Shown: in pieces, positions 39,043 through 47,943 of the stretch
Numbering within the stretch: the first letter of the stretch is position 1
Layout: each line of letters starts with the position of its first letter
Virus record (IMG/VR): IMGVR_UViG_3300046453_000093
Coordinates: 26,875-90,874 of that record
DNA from: a virus
Taxonomy: Duplodnaviria > Heunggongvirae > Uroviricota > Caudoviricetes
DNA: 64,000 nucleotides
Reading direction: 5' to 3' (one strand)
Notes under the pieces: model-generated
Database searches by the model: none
What the model was told of the DNA's origin: nothing
Seen by the model: only the letters and a program-made list of their open reading frames with translations
Made by a program: the position numbers and the translations under genes

Positions 39043-42000
39043 ATGACTATAGTTTCGACAGGACAAAAATCAATTTATGATATGAATGATGTCTATTCAG
39101 ACGTAGACAAACCTGCAAACCCAACTGAAGGCTCACTTTGGTTTGACACTGTTAATAAAAAACTTTATGTTTACTCGAATAATGATTGGATATTTGCAAT
39201 GGATGGAGTAGACATTGGTGGAAGAAACCTATTGAAAAACACATCAAAATTTAAAGATACGACCTATTGGAGTTTGTCACTTGGTACAGGTGTTTCAGGC
39301 ACGTTATCAGTAGTGAGTGATACTACTTATGGGAATGTCATTCAGGCTACAAAGACTACTGATGGTGGAAGTTGGTGGGTTTTTGGAATAAGCAATAGTG
39401 GATTAACGCTTGCAAACAAGAAGTTTGTTACAGGAAAAGAGTACACTCTTTCTTTTATGGTTAAAAATGCCATACCAATCACAGTCAACTTTATGGATGG
39501 AAATGGGACAAATTCTGTTATTACATCAAGTAAAGCAATTGCCATAAACCCTAGTTGGACTAAATTTGAGTGGACTTTCAAAGCGGATGGTACAGGAAAC
39601 ATACCCCAATTATATATTTCTAAAAGCGGAACTGCATTAGGTTCAGTACTAATAACAAATGTTCAATTAGAAGAGGGGAATATCCCTACTGGTTATACTA
39701 GTGCGCCTGAAGATGTAGAAACAGTGATTACGGATATTTGGGAAACACTAGGAAATATGGCTAGTGACAACATCCTCGATTGCAATGAGAGACAGGTAAT
39801 TAAAGACAAATTAACTGACATTCTAGGATATGTTATTAAAAGTGATGTTACTGCATTGCCAACAGGTGCAACTTTAGAAACTGGTGGGATTGGCGACTAT
39901 TATATTGTTAGGTCATCAGCTAATTTAGCAGGTATTTCAACAAACGATACTCTTTATAAGGCTGTGGAAACTCAGTATACAGCATTAAAAAGTTACCTAG
40001 ACGCTGTAACACCAGTTAAACCTTGGGATACAAGTACTGTAAACAAGGATTTAGTGATTGATGTTTCAGATAAAGATATCTTTAGAAAAAAATGGGTGGA
40101 TTATTATAACGCAGTAAATGACCTGTATGAATCAACTACTCAAAAGTTGAAGCAGAATGTAGACGATGTTACGGTGGGAGGAAGGAATTTCTCTCAAAAT
40201 TCTAACTTTGCATATTATACAACAAATACTACTGTAGGTTGGGATAATACAAAAAACGGTACGAATGTTCTTACTGGTTGGACAGGTTACAATGGAAGTG
40301 TACTTTCACCTTCTACTGGATACCACGCTCATGTTAACACGACCAAGTTTTCCTATCCTGTTTTGGAATTGATAGATAGGAACTCAACATTTGGAGGATT
40401 GCATAGGTGGTTAGCGTCTAGTCAAACATTACCTTCAACATCATCTTTTGCTTCTAGTTTGGTTGTGAGTAAAACTTACACCCTTAGTATGGAAGTTTAT
40501 TCTGATACAATTGGTTCAGTAATAAATACTGGCATGTATCATTATAAAAAGAGTACAGGAGTTTTAAGCTTTCACAGTTTTCAGTGGGACTTACCACCAA
40601 GTACAAAAACAAATACATGGGAGAAAAAAACGATTACATTTACGATTGACCCTGATTGGGACTTGACAAAAGACAATAGCATTTATATTTATGGAAATTA
40701 TAGTACAATGGAATGCTCTCAATGGGTTAAAAACATCATGCTTGAAGAAGGCAATAAGGCAAGTGCGTGGTCTCCATCAATCGAAGATATCAACAAATAT
40801 GCTAGTGACCAATCTCAAGCAGGTAAAGATGCTTGGTCTAAATTTAGTGGTGCAAACAACACGCTTCCATCAGGTACAGTAACTTGGGGAAATAATGTTA
40901 CAACAACAAGTGTAGAAAATGCAGTATTAAACTTCAACACGAGAAATGACAGAATTACAACAATTCCCGCCAATCCTTCAATCAATACGGATGGTAGTGC
41001 AATAGACCATACGGTTAATACAGATGGTAGTTGTGACATCTCATTTGAGTGGAATTTTACAGCTACAGGAGACTCAGGAGATATTGATGGATTCATAGTT
41101 TATGTGTTTGCAGGTGCATCAGCAAATGCATATTCTTTTGGAACAAGTTCTGCAAGCGAACAAGTATTTTATACAACCCCTGATAAAAGAGCGCTGATTA
41201 TTTATGGCATTCCTGCAAATAGATATTACACATTTGGAGTGCAGGCATATAGGATTGTGGATAAAGATATAAGTGCTACTGGTGTATTAAAATCTAGCAT
41301 TATTAAGTCAAGTGCTACAGGTGAAAATCCTTATTTGCCTTCACAAACTGTTTCTTTTGATGGAGATATAACAGGAACAATAAATGGAACAGATGCCACT
41401 ACAGTAGTAAATCAGGCAGGAAATTCTCTTCAACTTGGAAAAGACTATAATAAAGTAACATTTGATGCGAATACAGGAATGTTAATTAGAAAATACGATT
41501 CTACTGCTAAAATTGATAAAGCTAGAGTTATGCTCAATGCAACAGATGGGCTGAAGATACAGACCTCGACTAATGGAGTAGACTTTAGTGATACTCTTTA
41601 CATTGACACTAGTGGTAATGCTATCTTCACAGGCAAAGTATCAATTGGTGCAGGTACAACATTTGCGAGTGGTTACAATCCAACTTCAAAGGCTACAATT
41701 GATGATATTATAAAAGCAACAAAACCAAAATTTAGGTACATAAGGGATTGGCTGAGTGGCTCTAGTGTTAATGCAGGAAATCATTGGATTGAGATTAAAG
41801 CATCGACAGGGTTAATCAACAGGGCATCAGGTAAAGTTATAACTGCTTCATCAACAATTGCAGGTACAAATACACAGGTGACAGATGGCATAATCACAGC
41901 AGGTAACACAGACTACGTTTCGGTTGCAGGTACTTCTGCATGGGTTCAGATTGATTTAGGTGCTATATATAGCGACATTGAATTCATTCAGGTGTGGCAT

Positions 42001-43446
42001 TATCATGCTGATGGGAGAACATACAATGGGACAAAAACAGAAGTTTCTGAGGATGGGACAACTTGGATAACACTCTATGACAGTGCAGTCAGTGGAACTT
42101 ATAAAGAATTGCCAACTGGTAAATTAATTCCAGTAGATATTTCAAAAACATTAGGAAGAACTGGAACATTTATTGGTACAGATGGAATATACACTGGAAT
42201 ACTTGATGCTTCACAGGTAAAAACAGGTACACTATCTGCCATACATATCACTAGTTCGACAATGGACTTAGCAGGTGGGAAGTTTGTTATTGATGGTCTT
42301 GGAAATGCTACATTTAAAGGTGCTTTAAGTGGTGCAACTGGTACATTTAGTGGTGCTTTAAGTGGTGCAACTGGTACATTTAGTGGTTCAATTACTACAG
42401 ACAAAAATATTACTGTAGGGAATTATATTTTAATGGGCGACCAAGCAAGCGCAACAACTAAAGGTATTAAATTTGACTTAAATAGTTCTATATTAGCTGA
42501 CTTATGGGGTGCTAACTTCTTAAAGATTACAATAAAAGCTCCCTCTGTTGAAATTGCTTCAAATTCAGATGGTTCAGGAAGCATCATATGTGAAGGCAAA
42601 GATGTTTGGATTCAACCAAATATTGGAGGGTATGCATATTTCACTGCTGATTTAAATGTAGGATACAACAAGTTGATTGGTGTTGCTAACATTACAATGG
42701 CAGATAGCTCTACTATCTCTACCGAATCAGGATACATTAATATAAAAAGTAGCGCAAACGGTATTGTGTATGCTCAAGGGCTTGATTTAAGGGTAACTGC
42801 ACCAAATCAACCATCTGTTTATAGACCTGTCAGATGCGGTATTGTTTATGCAAATGGCGGTATTCAAGCAACGGTTATTGACATGGACTCTTTCGACAGT
42901 AATGCATTCACAAATATGTATTTAAGACCTAGAGGTGAGCTTAGGGTGTGCGCTCCAACTTCTACTACAGATTATAACCCTATTAGGGTAAGTGGTACAA
43001 TAACTGGCTATACACATTTTTATACACAAGTTGCTTCTACTGGCGAATTTAGAGTAGTAAAAAATAGCGAATCAACTTGGAATAGTGCGCCTAGTTATGC
43101 TCCTGTGAGAGCAAGTTCTTTTCCAACTGGTTCATCTGTAAAGTGGAAAACAAACATCGAAAGATTAGAAGTAGATGAAGCATTATATATGCTAAAAACA
43201 ACACCTGTTTATACCTACCATTTACAAACAAACGTTGATTCAGGAATTTATGATAAACCGAAAGTAGGTATGTTGGCAGAAGCAGTTCCACAAAGACTAA
43301 GAGATGAAGATGGTGTTGACCCATATTCTATTACAGCAACACTGTGGAAAGTTGTACAAGAACAACAGTCACAAATTGAGTCTTTACAACAAAGTTTATC
43401 AGATTTAGAAATGATGTTAGGTGTAGACGTTACACCTAACAATTAA
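39043..43446 (+). CDS. tail fibre / tailspike 2 (1467 aa) with discoidin-like carbohydrate-binding module and C-terminal S74-type intramolecular chaperone (autoproteolytic) domain
   Basis: N-terminus MTIVSTGQKSIYDMNDVYSD paralogous to fibre 1. Segment WVQIDLGAIYSDIEFIQVWHYHADGRTYNGTKTEVSEDGTTW is F5/8-type-C-like. Direct 33-nt repeat ggtgctttaagtggtgcaactggtacatttagt x2 at 42313-42378. C-terminal ...VKWKTNIERLEVDEALYMLKTTPVYTYHL...GMLAEAV... is typical of endosialidase-type chaperone domains. Confidence 0.65.
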   Translation: MTIVSTGQKSIYDMNDVYSDVDKPANPTEGSLWFDTVNKKLYVYSNNDWIFAMDGVDIGGRNLLKNTSKFKDTTYWSLSLGTGVSGTLSVVSDTTYGNVIQATKTTDGGSWWVFGISNSGLTLANKKFVTGKEYTLSFMVKNAIPITVNFMDGNGTNSVITSSKAIAINPSWTKFEWTFKADGTGNIPQLYISKSGTALGSVLITNVQLEEGNIPTGYTSAPEDVETVITDIWETLGNMASDNILDCNERQVIKDKLTDILGYVIKSDVTALPTGATLETGGIGDYYIVRSSANLAGISTNDTLYKAVETQYTALKSYLDAVTPVKPWDTSTVNKDLVIDVSDKDIFRKKWVDYYNAVNDLYESTTQKLKQNVDDVTVGGRNFSQNSNFAYYTTNTTVGWDNTKNGTNVLTGWTGYNGSVLSPSTGYHAHVNTTKFSYPVLELIDRNSTFGGLHRWLASSQTLPSTSSFASSLVVSKTYTLSMEVYSDTIGSVINTGMYHYKKSTGVLSFHSFQWDLPPSTKTNTWEKKTITFTIDPDWDLTKDNSIYIYGNYSTMECSQWVKNIMLEEGNKASAWSPSIEDINKYASDQSQAGKDAWSKFSGANNTLPSGTVTWGNNVTTTSVENAVLNFNTRNDRITTIPANPSINTDGSAIDHTVNTDGSCDISFEWNFTATGDSGDIDGFIVYVFAGASANAYSFGTSSASEQVFYTTPDKRALIIYGIPANRYYTFGVQAYRIVDKDISATGVLKSSIIKSSATGENPYLPSQTVSFDGDITGTINGTDATTVVNQAGNSLQLGKDYNKVTFDANTGMLIRKYDSTAKIDKARVMLNATDGLKIQTSTNGVDFSDTLYIDTSGNAIFTGKVSIGAGTTFASGYNPTSKATIDDIIKATKPKFRYIRDWLSGSSVNAGNHWIEIKASTGLINRASGKVITASSTIAGTNTQVTDGIITAGNTDYVSVAGTSAWVQIDLGAIYSDIEFIQVWHYHADGRTYNGTKTEVSEDGTTWITLYDSAVSGTYKELPTGKLIPVDISKTLGRTGTFIGTDGIYTGILDASQVKTGTLSAIHITSSTMDLAGGKFVIDGLGNATFKGALSGATGTFSGALSGATGTFSGSITTDKNITVGNYILMGDQASATTKGIKFDLNSSILADLWGANFLKITIKAPSVEIASNSDGSGSIICEGKDVWIQPNIGGYAYFTADLNVGYNKLIGVANITMADSSTISTESGYINIKSSANGIVYAQGLDLRVTAPNQPSVYRPVRCGIVYANGGIQATVIDMDSFDSNAFTNMYLRPRGELRVCAPTSTTDYNPIRVSGTITGYTHFYTQVASTGEFRVVKNSESTWNSAPSYAPVRASSFPTGSSVKWKTNIERLEVDEALYMLKTTPVYTYHLQTNVDSGIYDKPKVGMLAEAVPQRLRDEDGVDPYSITATLWKVVQEQQSQIESLQQSLSDLEMMLGVDVTPNN

Positions 43447-43483
43447 TACTTAATAATTAATTGGATGAAAAGGGGAATATATA

Positions 43484-43639
43484 ATGAATATTAAAGATGT
43501 TAATAAGGTAATTGATAAATACGAGCAAATGCTTTCTCAAGCAAATAGACAACTGGTTCTATTGAGCGTTATGGTTGATGAACAACAGGAAGAAATTCAA
43601 CAACTTACAAGCAAAATCCACGAGTTAGAGTCTAAGTGA
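43484..43639 (+). CDS. small coiled-coil protein (51 aa), XkdX-like by position; not in the ORF track (<60 aa)
   Basis: Strong RBS aaaagggg 8 nt upstream of ATG. Located between tail fibres and endolysin, as for PBSX xkdX. Confidence 0.4.
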   Translation: MNIKDVNKVIDKYEQMLSQANRQLVLLSVMVDEQQEEIQQLTSKIHELESK

Positions 43640-43718
43640 TAAATATAATAGCCTTGTTGAAAAGCAATTAAATAGCAGGGCTATTATTATTATAAAAAAT
43701 TTTTAGGGGGAATTTAAT

Positions 43719-44453
43719 ATGTTAACTTATCAAAAACGCAATTTGGAGAACATTGACAAGCTTGCTGACCACACTAAAGCTATTGCTTTAAAGTGGCATG
43801 AGTATCTAGTGCAAAATAAAATTGATATTCTGATTTATAGCACTATTAGAACAAAGGCACAACAAGAAGAAAATGTCAGAAAAGGTGTATCTCAAACAAT
43901 GAAATCCTATCACATTGTAGGTCAAGCATTGGATTTCGTAAGAATCCAAAATGGTGACGAGGATTGGGATGGATACAATAAGCCTGATATTAAAAAAGCA
44001 ATTGCAGAAGCAAAAAGACTTGGATTTGAATGGGGAGGGGATTGGAAATCATTTGTTGACAAACCGCACCTACAATTTAATTTTAATGGGTATGGTACTG
44101 ACACATTTGGAAAATACAAAGAGCCTAAGCCAGTTGAGAAGCCAAAAGTAGAATTAAAACCTGCTGAGAAGCCAGTTGAAAAGCCAAAGGTGGAGAAGCC
44201 AAAAGTTAAAGCAGACACTAAAAAAGACAAGCTTGAATACAAACGTATACTGAAAAATGGCTGTGAAGGTCAAGATGTAAAAAATCTTCAGAATGCGTTA
44301 AACAAGTTAAACTTTAAATGTGGAGTTGCTGATGGTAAGTTTTTAGACAAGACAGAAGATGCTGTAATCAGGTTCCAAAAAGTATATCTTCCAAGTGAAG
44401 TTGATGGAATGGTTGGTAATCACTTTATTGATGCAATTAACAAAAAACTTTAA
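43719..44453 (+). CDS. endolysin: N-terminal peptidase M15 (L-alanyl-D-glutamate peptidase, VanY/CwlK-like) + Lys/Pro/Glu-rich linker + C-terminal PG_binding_1 domain
   Basis: SYHIVGQALDF (SxHxxGxAxD). DKPH (DxxH zinc ligands). Linker KPVEKPKVELKPAEKPVEKPKVEKPKV. C-terminal GCEGQDVKNLQNALNKLNF...DGKFLDKTEDAVIRFQ...DGMVG. Confidence 0.85.
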   Translation: MLTYQKRNLENIDKLADHTKAIALKWHEYLVQNKIDILIYSTIRTKAQQEENVRKGVSQTMKSYHIVGQALDFVRIQNGDEDWDGYNKPDIKKAIAEAKRLGFEWGGDWKSFVDKPHLQFNFNGYGTDTFGKYKEPKPVEKPKVELKPAEKPVEKPKVEKPKVKADTKKDKLEYKRILKNGCEGQDVKNLQNALNKLNFKCGVADGKFLDKTEDAVIRFQKVYLPSEVDGMVGNHFIDAINKKL

Positions 44454-44471
44454 GACTTGATGTTAAAAGTA

Positions 44472-44512
44472 GTGCCTAATCTAAGGTGCTACTTTTATTT
44501 ATTTTTATGAAA
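44472..44512 (+). terminator. putative terminator after endolysin
   Basis: agtagtgcc-taatctaa-ggtgctact (with G-U pairs) followed by tttatttattttt. Confidence 0.45.
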
Positions 44513-44567
44513 AAGAGAGAGGTGAGTATGGTAAAAAATTCAAGCACTTGAAGGAGTATGTTTCGCA

Positions 44568-45056
44568 ATGGAGAAAGAAAGGGTTAAGAGAAACAGTTGT
44601 TTTAATTGTGATGATTGCGAATTGCAAGGTGTTTGCAATTCAGTAGCGAGTTCCAATTGCATTTTTGAAATTGGTTGCAAAATGAAGAAAAGTGCATCGT
44701 GTTTCCCAATTCAGATATTCTTAGGAGTTATTGCAACCTTGTTTGGAATAGTACTCTTACTACCATATCATACATTTAAATCACACGCATATCTTACAAT
44801 GTTACAAATCGCTAATGAAAATATTTGGGGGATGACATGCTTAATGGTTGGGTTGTTTCAGCTATATGTCATACTGACTTCAAAAAGTAAGATTTTCATG
44901 GTAATTAGTCTATCATTACAAGCGTTTGTTTGGTCTTTTGTTGGGACTATGTTGTTGGTTAATGATTTAATCTTGGGTAACACAATAAATACTGGATTTA
45001 CCACGTATATGACAATTGCAGGACTAGCACTTTATACATCCTATAGATTAAGGTGA
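44568..45056 (+). CDS. membrane protein with Cys-rich N-terminus (7 Cys in first 38 aa) and ~4 TM helices, inside the lysis cassette
   Basis: RBS gaaggag. CFNCDDCELQGVCNSVASSNCIFEIGC followed by hydrophobic segments IFLGVIATLFGIVLLL, GMTCLMVGLFQLYVIL, FMVISLSLQAFVWSFVGTMLLV and YMTIAGLALY. Confidence 0.5.
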   Translation: MEKERVKRNSCFNCDDCELQGVCNSVASSNCIFEIGCKMKKSASCFPIQIFLGVIATLFGIVLLLPYHTFKSHAYLTMLQIANENIWGMTCLMVGLFQLYVILTSKSKIFMVISLSLQAFVWSFVGTMLLVNDLILGNTINTGFTTYMTIAGLALYTSYRLR

Positions 45057-45060
45057 TGAC

Positions 45061-45450
45061 ATGAAAAATATAGAGACATGGATTCCTGTTGTTGTAGCAT
45101 TTGTAACTGGTCTTACACCATTTTTTATTGCAAGAAGTACCAATAAAAAAGACCTTACTGTAAATGACAGGCAATTGCTTTCAGAGGATGAAAGACAGTT
45201 TAGAGCAGATTTAAAGGGAATTATTGGTTCTTACAAGCAGGAATTAGAAGACACAAGAAATGAATTAAAACAGTCAAGGGAAGAAATAAAAGAATTAAGG
45301 GAAGAAATAGCAAAATTACATAAAATCAATCTTGTTCTAACCTTGGAAAATCAAAAATTAGTATTAAGAGTTGAAGAATTCAGCGTGTTCTTAAAGAAGC
45401 TAAAAAACAATGAGGAAATTGATGAAAAGGAGTTTGATTTAGATGATTAA
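45061..45450 (+). CDS. BhlA/XhlA-like holin-associated membrane protein (N-terminal TM + long coiled coil)
   Basis: TM IETWIPVVVAFVTGLTPFFIA followed by a charged coiled coil. Position adjacent to the holin, as in SPbeta bhlA-bhlB. Confidence 0.5.
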   Translation: MKNIETWIPVVVAFVTGLTPFFIARSTNKKDLTVNDRQLLSEDERQFRADLKGIIGSYKQELEDTRNELKQSREEIKELREEIAKLHKINLVLTLENQKLVLRVEEFSVFLKKLKNNEEIDEKEFDLDD

Positions 45451-45709
45451 TTGGAAAGTGCGTTTTCGCAATAAGAAGTGGGTTGTAGGCTTTATTTCTC
45501 AATTATTAATTGTTGCTCAAATGGTTACAGTTGGATTAAATCAGTCAGGTGCAATTGATTTTGTTTGGTCTGACCAAATAAATATTTGGGTACTAGGATT
45601 TATGAATACTGTATTGGTAATGCTTGGTATGTTGGGAATTGTGCAAGACCCAACAACTAAAGGTTATTCAGATAGCGATAATGCCTTAGACTACAAAGAA
45701 CCAAAATAA
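45443..45709 (+). CDS. holin (88 aa, two TM; phi-LC3/BhlB-like)
   Basis: Two TM helices. C-terminal DPTTKGYSDSDNALDY motif characteristic of phi-LC3-family holins. Overlaps upstream gene. Confidence 0.7.
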   Translation: MINWKVRFRNKKWVVGFISQLLIVAQMVTVGLNQSGAIDFVWSDQINIWVLGFMNTVLVMLGMLGIVQDPTTKGYSDSDNALDYKEPK

Positions 45710-45717
45710 AGGATAAA

Positions 45718-45753
45718 ATTAGACCACTCAGAAATGGGTGGTCTAATTTTTTG
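45718..45753. terminator. bidirectional rho-independent terminator at the convergent late/early junction
   Basis: attagaccactc-agaaat-gggtggtctaat with T-runs on both sides. Confidence 0.75.
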
Positions 45754-45767
45754 TTTATTGATTGTAT

Positions 45768-45977
45768 TTATCCGATGAATTCAAAGACATTAACTTTACG
45801 GTTGTTCTCAATAGTTTTGCCATTAATCTTTATAACTCCTTTTCTGATTAGTTGACCCACAGATGAAAAAAGATAATCGGAATTATTAAAAACAGTTATT
45901 AATTGAGAATAGGTGGCTCTGTGAACATTTTTTAGAAAAAATTGAACTAAATCTCGATATATTTCAAAGGTCATCAT
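45768..45977 (-). CDS. small (69 aa) putative winged-helix DNA-binding protein
   Basis: RBS agcgaggtga. Helix-turn-helix-like TYSQLITVFNNSDYLFSSVGQLIRKGVIKINGK. Own extended -10 promoter and operator-like palindromes upstream. Confidence 0.4.
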   Translation of the reverse strand: MMTFEIYRDLVQFFLKNVHRATYSQLITVFNNSDYLFSSVGQLIRKGVIKINGKTIENNRKVNVFEFIG

Positions 45978-46027
45978 TAATCACCTCGCTTTAGATTTCT
46001 CCTCATATATTGCACATTTCGCTAAAT

Positions 46028-46097
46028 ATTATACATTATTACGTAAAAAATGACATTATGCTTATAAACTGCGTAAAATGTCATTTTTACGCAGTTT
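46028..46097 (-). promoter_or_regulatory. extended -10 promoter (TGTATAAT) with upstream palindromic operator array
   Basis: Perfect 13-bp inverted repeat aaactgcgtaaaa-tgtca-ttttacgcagttt (46066-46097) plus a third half-site acgtaaaaaatgaca (46041-46056). TGTATAAT at 46035-46028 on minus. Confidence 0.45.
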
Positions 46098-46230
46098 ATA
46101 ATAGCTTTTATGTTTATCTTTCCTTTTTTGAAATTCTCCATAAAATCAACGATACTGATAGCAACACAGGTATCAGTATAATTAAATCATCTATTGAACT
46201 GTAAAAATCCTTCATGAACAGTACATCTCC

Positions 46231-46262
46231 TCAAATAAAAAAGAACGCTATAATTAGCGTTC
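46231..46262 (-). terminator. rho-independent terminator of the SPFH operon
   Basis: gaacgcta-taat-tagcgttc hairpin followed by ttttttatttg on minus strand. Confidence 0.7.
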
Positions 46263-46284
46263 CAAAAATATCATTTTTTATTAC

Positions 46285-47283
46285 TTACTTCAATAAGGAT
46301 TCAGGTAAATCTAGAATACTTCCATTTCCACCCATAACAGCAGGTAGCTTTACTTGTGGCAGTACTTTAATTAATTCAGCCTGATTGTCCAATTCTTTTA
46401 GGCGAATTGTTTCATTAATAATGCTTCTACGCTTCTCAACAGCCTTTGCTTCTTGCTCTGCAACTTTTACATCGTTTTGCGCCTTTTCCAAATTCTTTTG
46501 GTTGTCGATTGCTTGCGCTTCTTTTGCTTGAATAGCATTAAATGATTTATTGATTGCTTCTTGAACTTTAGGGTCAACATATTCTAAATCGCCAACATAT
46601 CCAATATTTTGTAATGTGATACCAAAATCGTTAAAATATGGTGTGGCAACCTTTCGTACATGTTCAATTACTTCTGCTTTATGAGAACGAATTTCCTCCA
46701 TTGACATACTTCCATATTCTTCTAAAAGAATTGTGCCTAACTTATTACGTACTTCTGTGTCCATAATGTTAGCCAAATTGCTACCACGATATTGATACAG
46801 ATATTTGGCTGTATTGAATTCCTCAACTTTTGCAGTTGCAGTCAATCCGATTTTAAATTTAATGGAGTCCTTTGATTCTCCAATAAACCCACTCGCTTTA
46901 CCATCTGAAGAACGAGTTGCATCGTTGAACCATTGGCGATTTACTGGTGTTCTATCGACCAAAGGAACTCTTACTGTATCAACATACTTCCCTTGCCAAC
47001 TATGTCTTCCAGTTTGAACCCACTTTCTAGGTATTTGAATCCTTTTGGTTGCAACCTGCATCTCTTCTAAGTATTTTACACTTTCGAATTTTGCTTGTTC
47101 AGAAGTCTTTCCTTCTAATGGAATAACGAATGCAGTCTGATTGGCATCTACATTAACAAATTTTGGTTTGTTGTAAGGCTTTACGCATCCTGATAATGTA
47201 GTGACTCCTATTGCTAAAATGATTGGTAAAATAATTTTCTTTTTCATTGATTCAATTTCCCCTTTTTTGATTTTATTTATCAT
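46285..47283 (-). CDS. SPFH (band 7 / flotillin-stomatin-like) domain lipoprotein
   Basis: Lipoprotein signal KKKIILPIILAIGVTTLSGC. C-terminal coiled-coil segment QAIDNQKNLEKAQNDVKVAEQEAKAVEKRRS typical of SPFH proteins. Confidence 0.6.
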   Translation of the reverse strand: MINKIKKGEIESMKKKIILPIILAIGVTTLSGCVKPYNKPKFVNVDANQTAFVIPLEGKTSEQAKFESVKYLEEMQVATKRIQIPRKWVQTGRHSWQGKYVDTVRVPLVDRTPVNRQWFNDATRSSDGKASGFIGESKDSIKFKIGLTATAKVEEFNTAKYLYQYRGSNLANIMDTEVRNKLGTILLEEYGSMSMEEIRSHKAEVIEHVRKVATPYFNDFGITLQNIGYVGDLEYVDPKVQEAINKSFNAIQAKEAQAIDNQKNLEKAQNDVKVAEQEAKAVEKRRSIINETIRLKELDNQAELIKVLPQVKLPAVMGGNGSILDLPESLLK

Positions 47284-47529
47284 TTATTTTTTGTTAAATA
47301 CATTTCTAATATCTTTTTGTAATACCAATGCCACAATAACTACTTCACAAATCCAAACATATGGTTTAAGATTCTCGTATATTGTCAACATGGCGTTTGA
47401 TTCATATGAATCATTTAATTGTTGGACTGCCAAATTTGAACTAACAACTGGTTCAAACGCTGAAATAATTACGTTCAAGATAGAAAGTATAATAGCGGTA
47501 ATTAATGCCTTAATTATCAATCGCTTCAC
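47284..47529 (-). CDS. small 2-TM membrane protein, NfeD-like partner of the SPFH protein
   Basis: Two hydrophobic helices (IKALITAIILSILNVIISAF; YVWICEVVIVALVL). Directly abuts the SPFH gene. Overlaps upstream gene by 4 nt. Confidence 0.45.
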   Translation of the reverse strand: MKRLIIKALITAIILSILNVIISAFEPVVSSNLAVQQLNDSYESNAMLTIYENLKPYVWICEVVIVALVLQKDIRNVFNKK

Positions 47530-47843
47530 TCTGTCACCTCCACTACATTTTTAAACACCTTTTCAAATGCTTCCAATCCTCTCTGATTAAGTAGGCTCTT
47601 GTGAAAAACAACATTCTTACCATAAATTTCATTGTAGTGATGCCCCATTGGTTGGTGTTCATTATAATAGGTCAAATTGTTTTCGTCTTTCATAATTTCA
47701 AAAGATTCAATGTCATCATACCTACTTTTAACAGCAAATTTGTGAGTATCATTTGCAAAAATCGCCATGCTACAGACATCTACCATTCTTTTTGAAGGTA
47801 ATCCATACATCAGTTCTAATGCCAATTCTCTTGCATCTTCCAA
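47526..47843 (-). CDS. hypothetical protein, first gene of the SPFH operon
   Basis: 105 aa. RBS aagagaggtga. Follows the sigma-A-like promoter. Confidence 0.4.
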   Translation of the reverse strand: MEDARELALELMYGLPSKRMVDVCSMAIFANDTHKFAVKSRYDDIESFEIMKDENNLTYYNEHQPMGHHYNEIYGKNVVFHKSLLNQRGLEAFEKVFKNVVEVTE

Positions 47844-47888
47844 GAAATATTCACCTCTCTTTTTTCTTAATCTCTTATCTACTTTCTT

Positions 47889-47917
47889 AGTATATCATTA
47901 TATTTATCACTTGTCTA
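47889..47917 (-). promoter_or_regulatory. sigma-A-type promoter TAGACA-N17-TATACT for the SPFH operon
   Basis: -35 at 47917-47912 and -10 at 47894-47889 (minus strand), spacer 17 nt. Confidence 0.5.
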
Positions 47918-47943
47918 CTAATATAGGAAACTTTTTCAAAAAA

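Noticed and set aside
46010-46204. 64-aa plus-strand ORF in the AT-rich intergenic region
   Set aside because: No RBS. It overlaps the promoter/operator region of the convergent minus-strand small gene. Composition typical of random AT-rich ORFs.
45978-46284. Possible tRNA or small RNA gene in the 300-bp non-coding junction
   Set aside because: Extremely AT-rich with no GC-rich cloverleaf stems or conserved T-loop (GTTCRANYC) motif. Better explained as promoter/operator plus terminator sequences.
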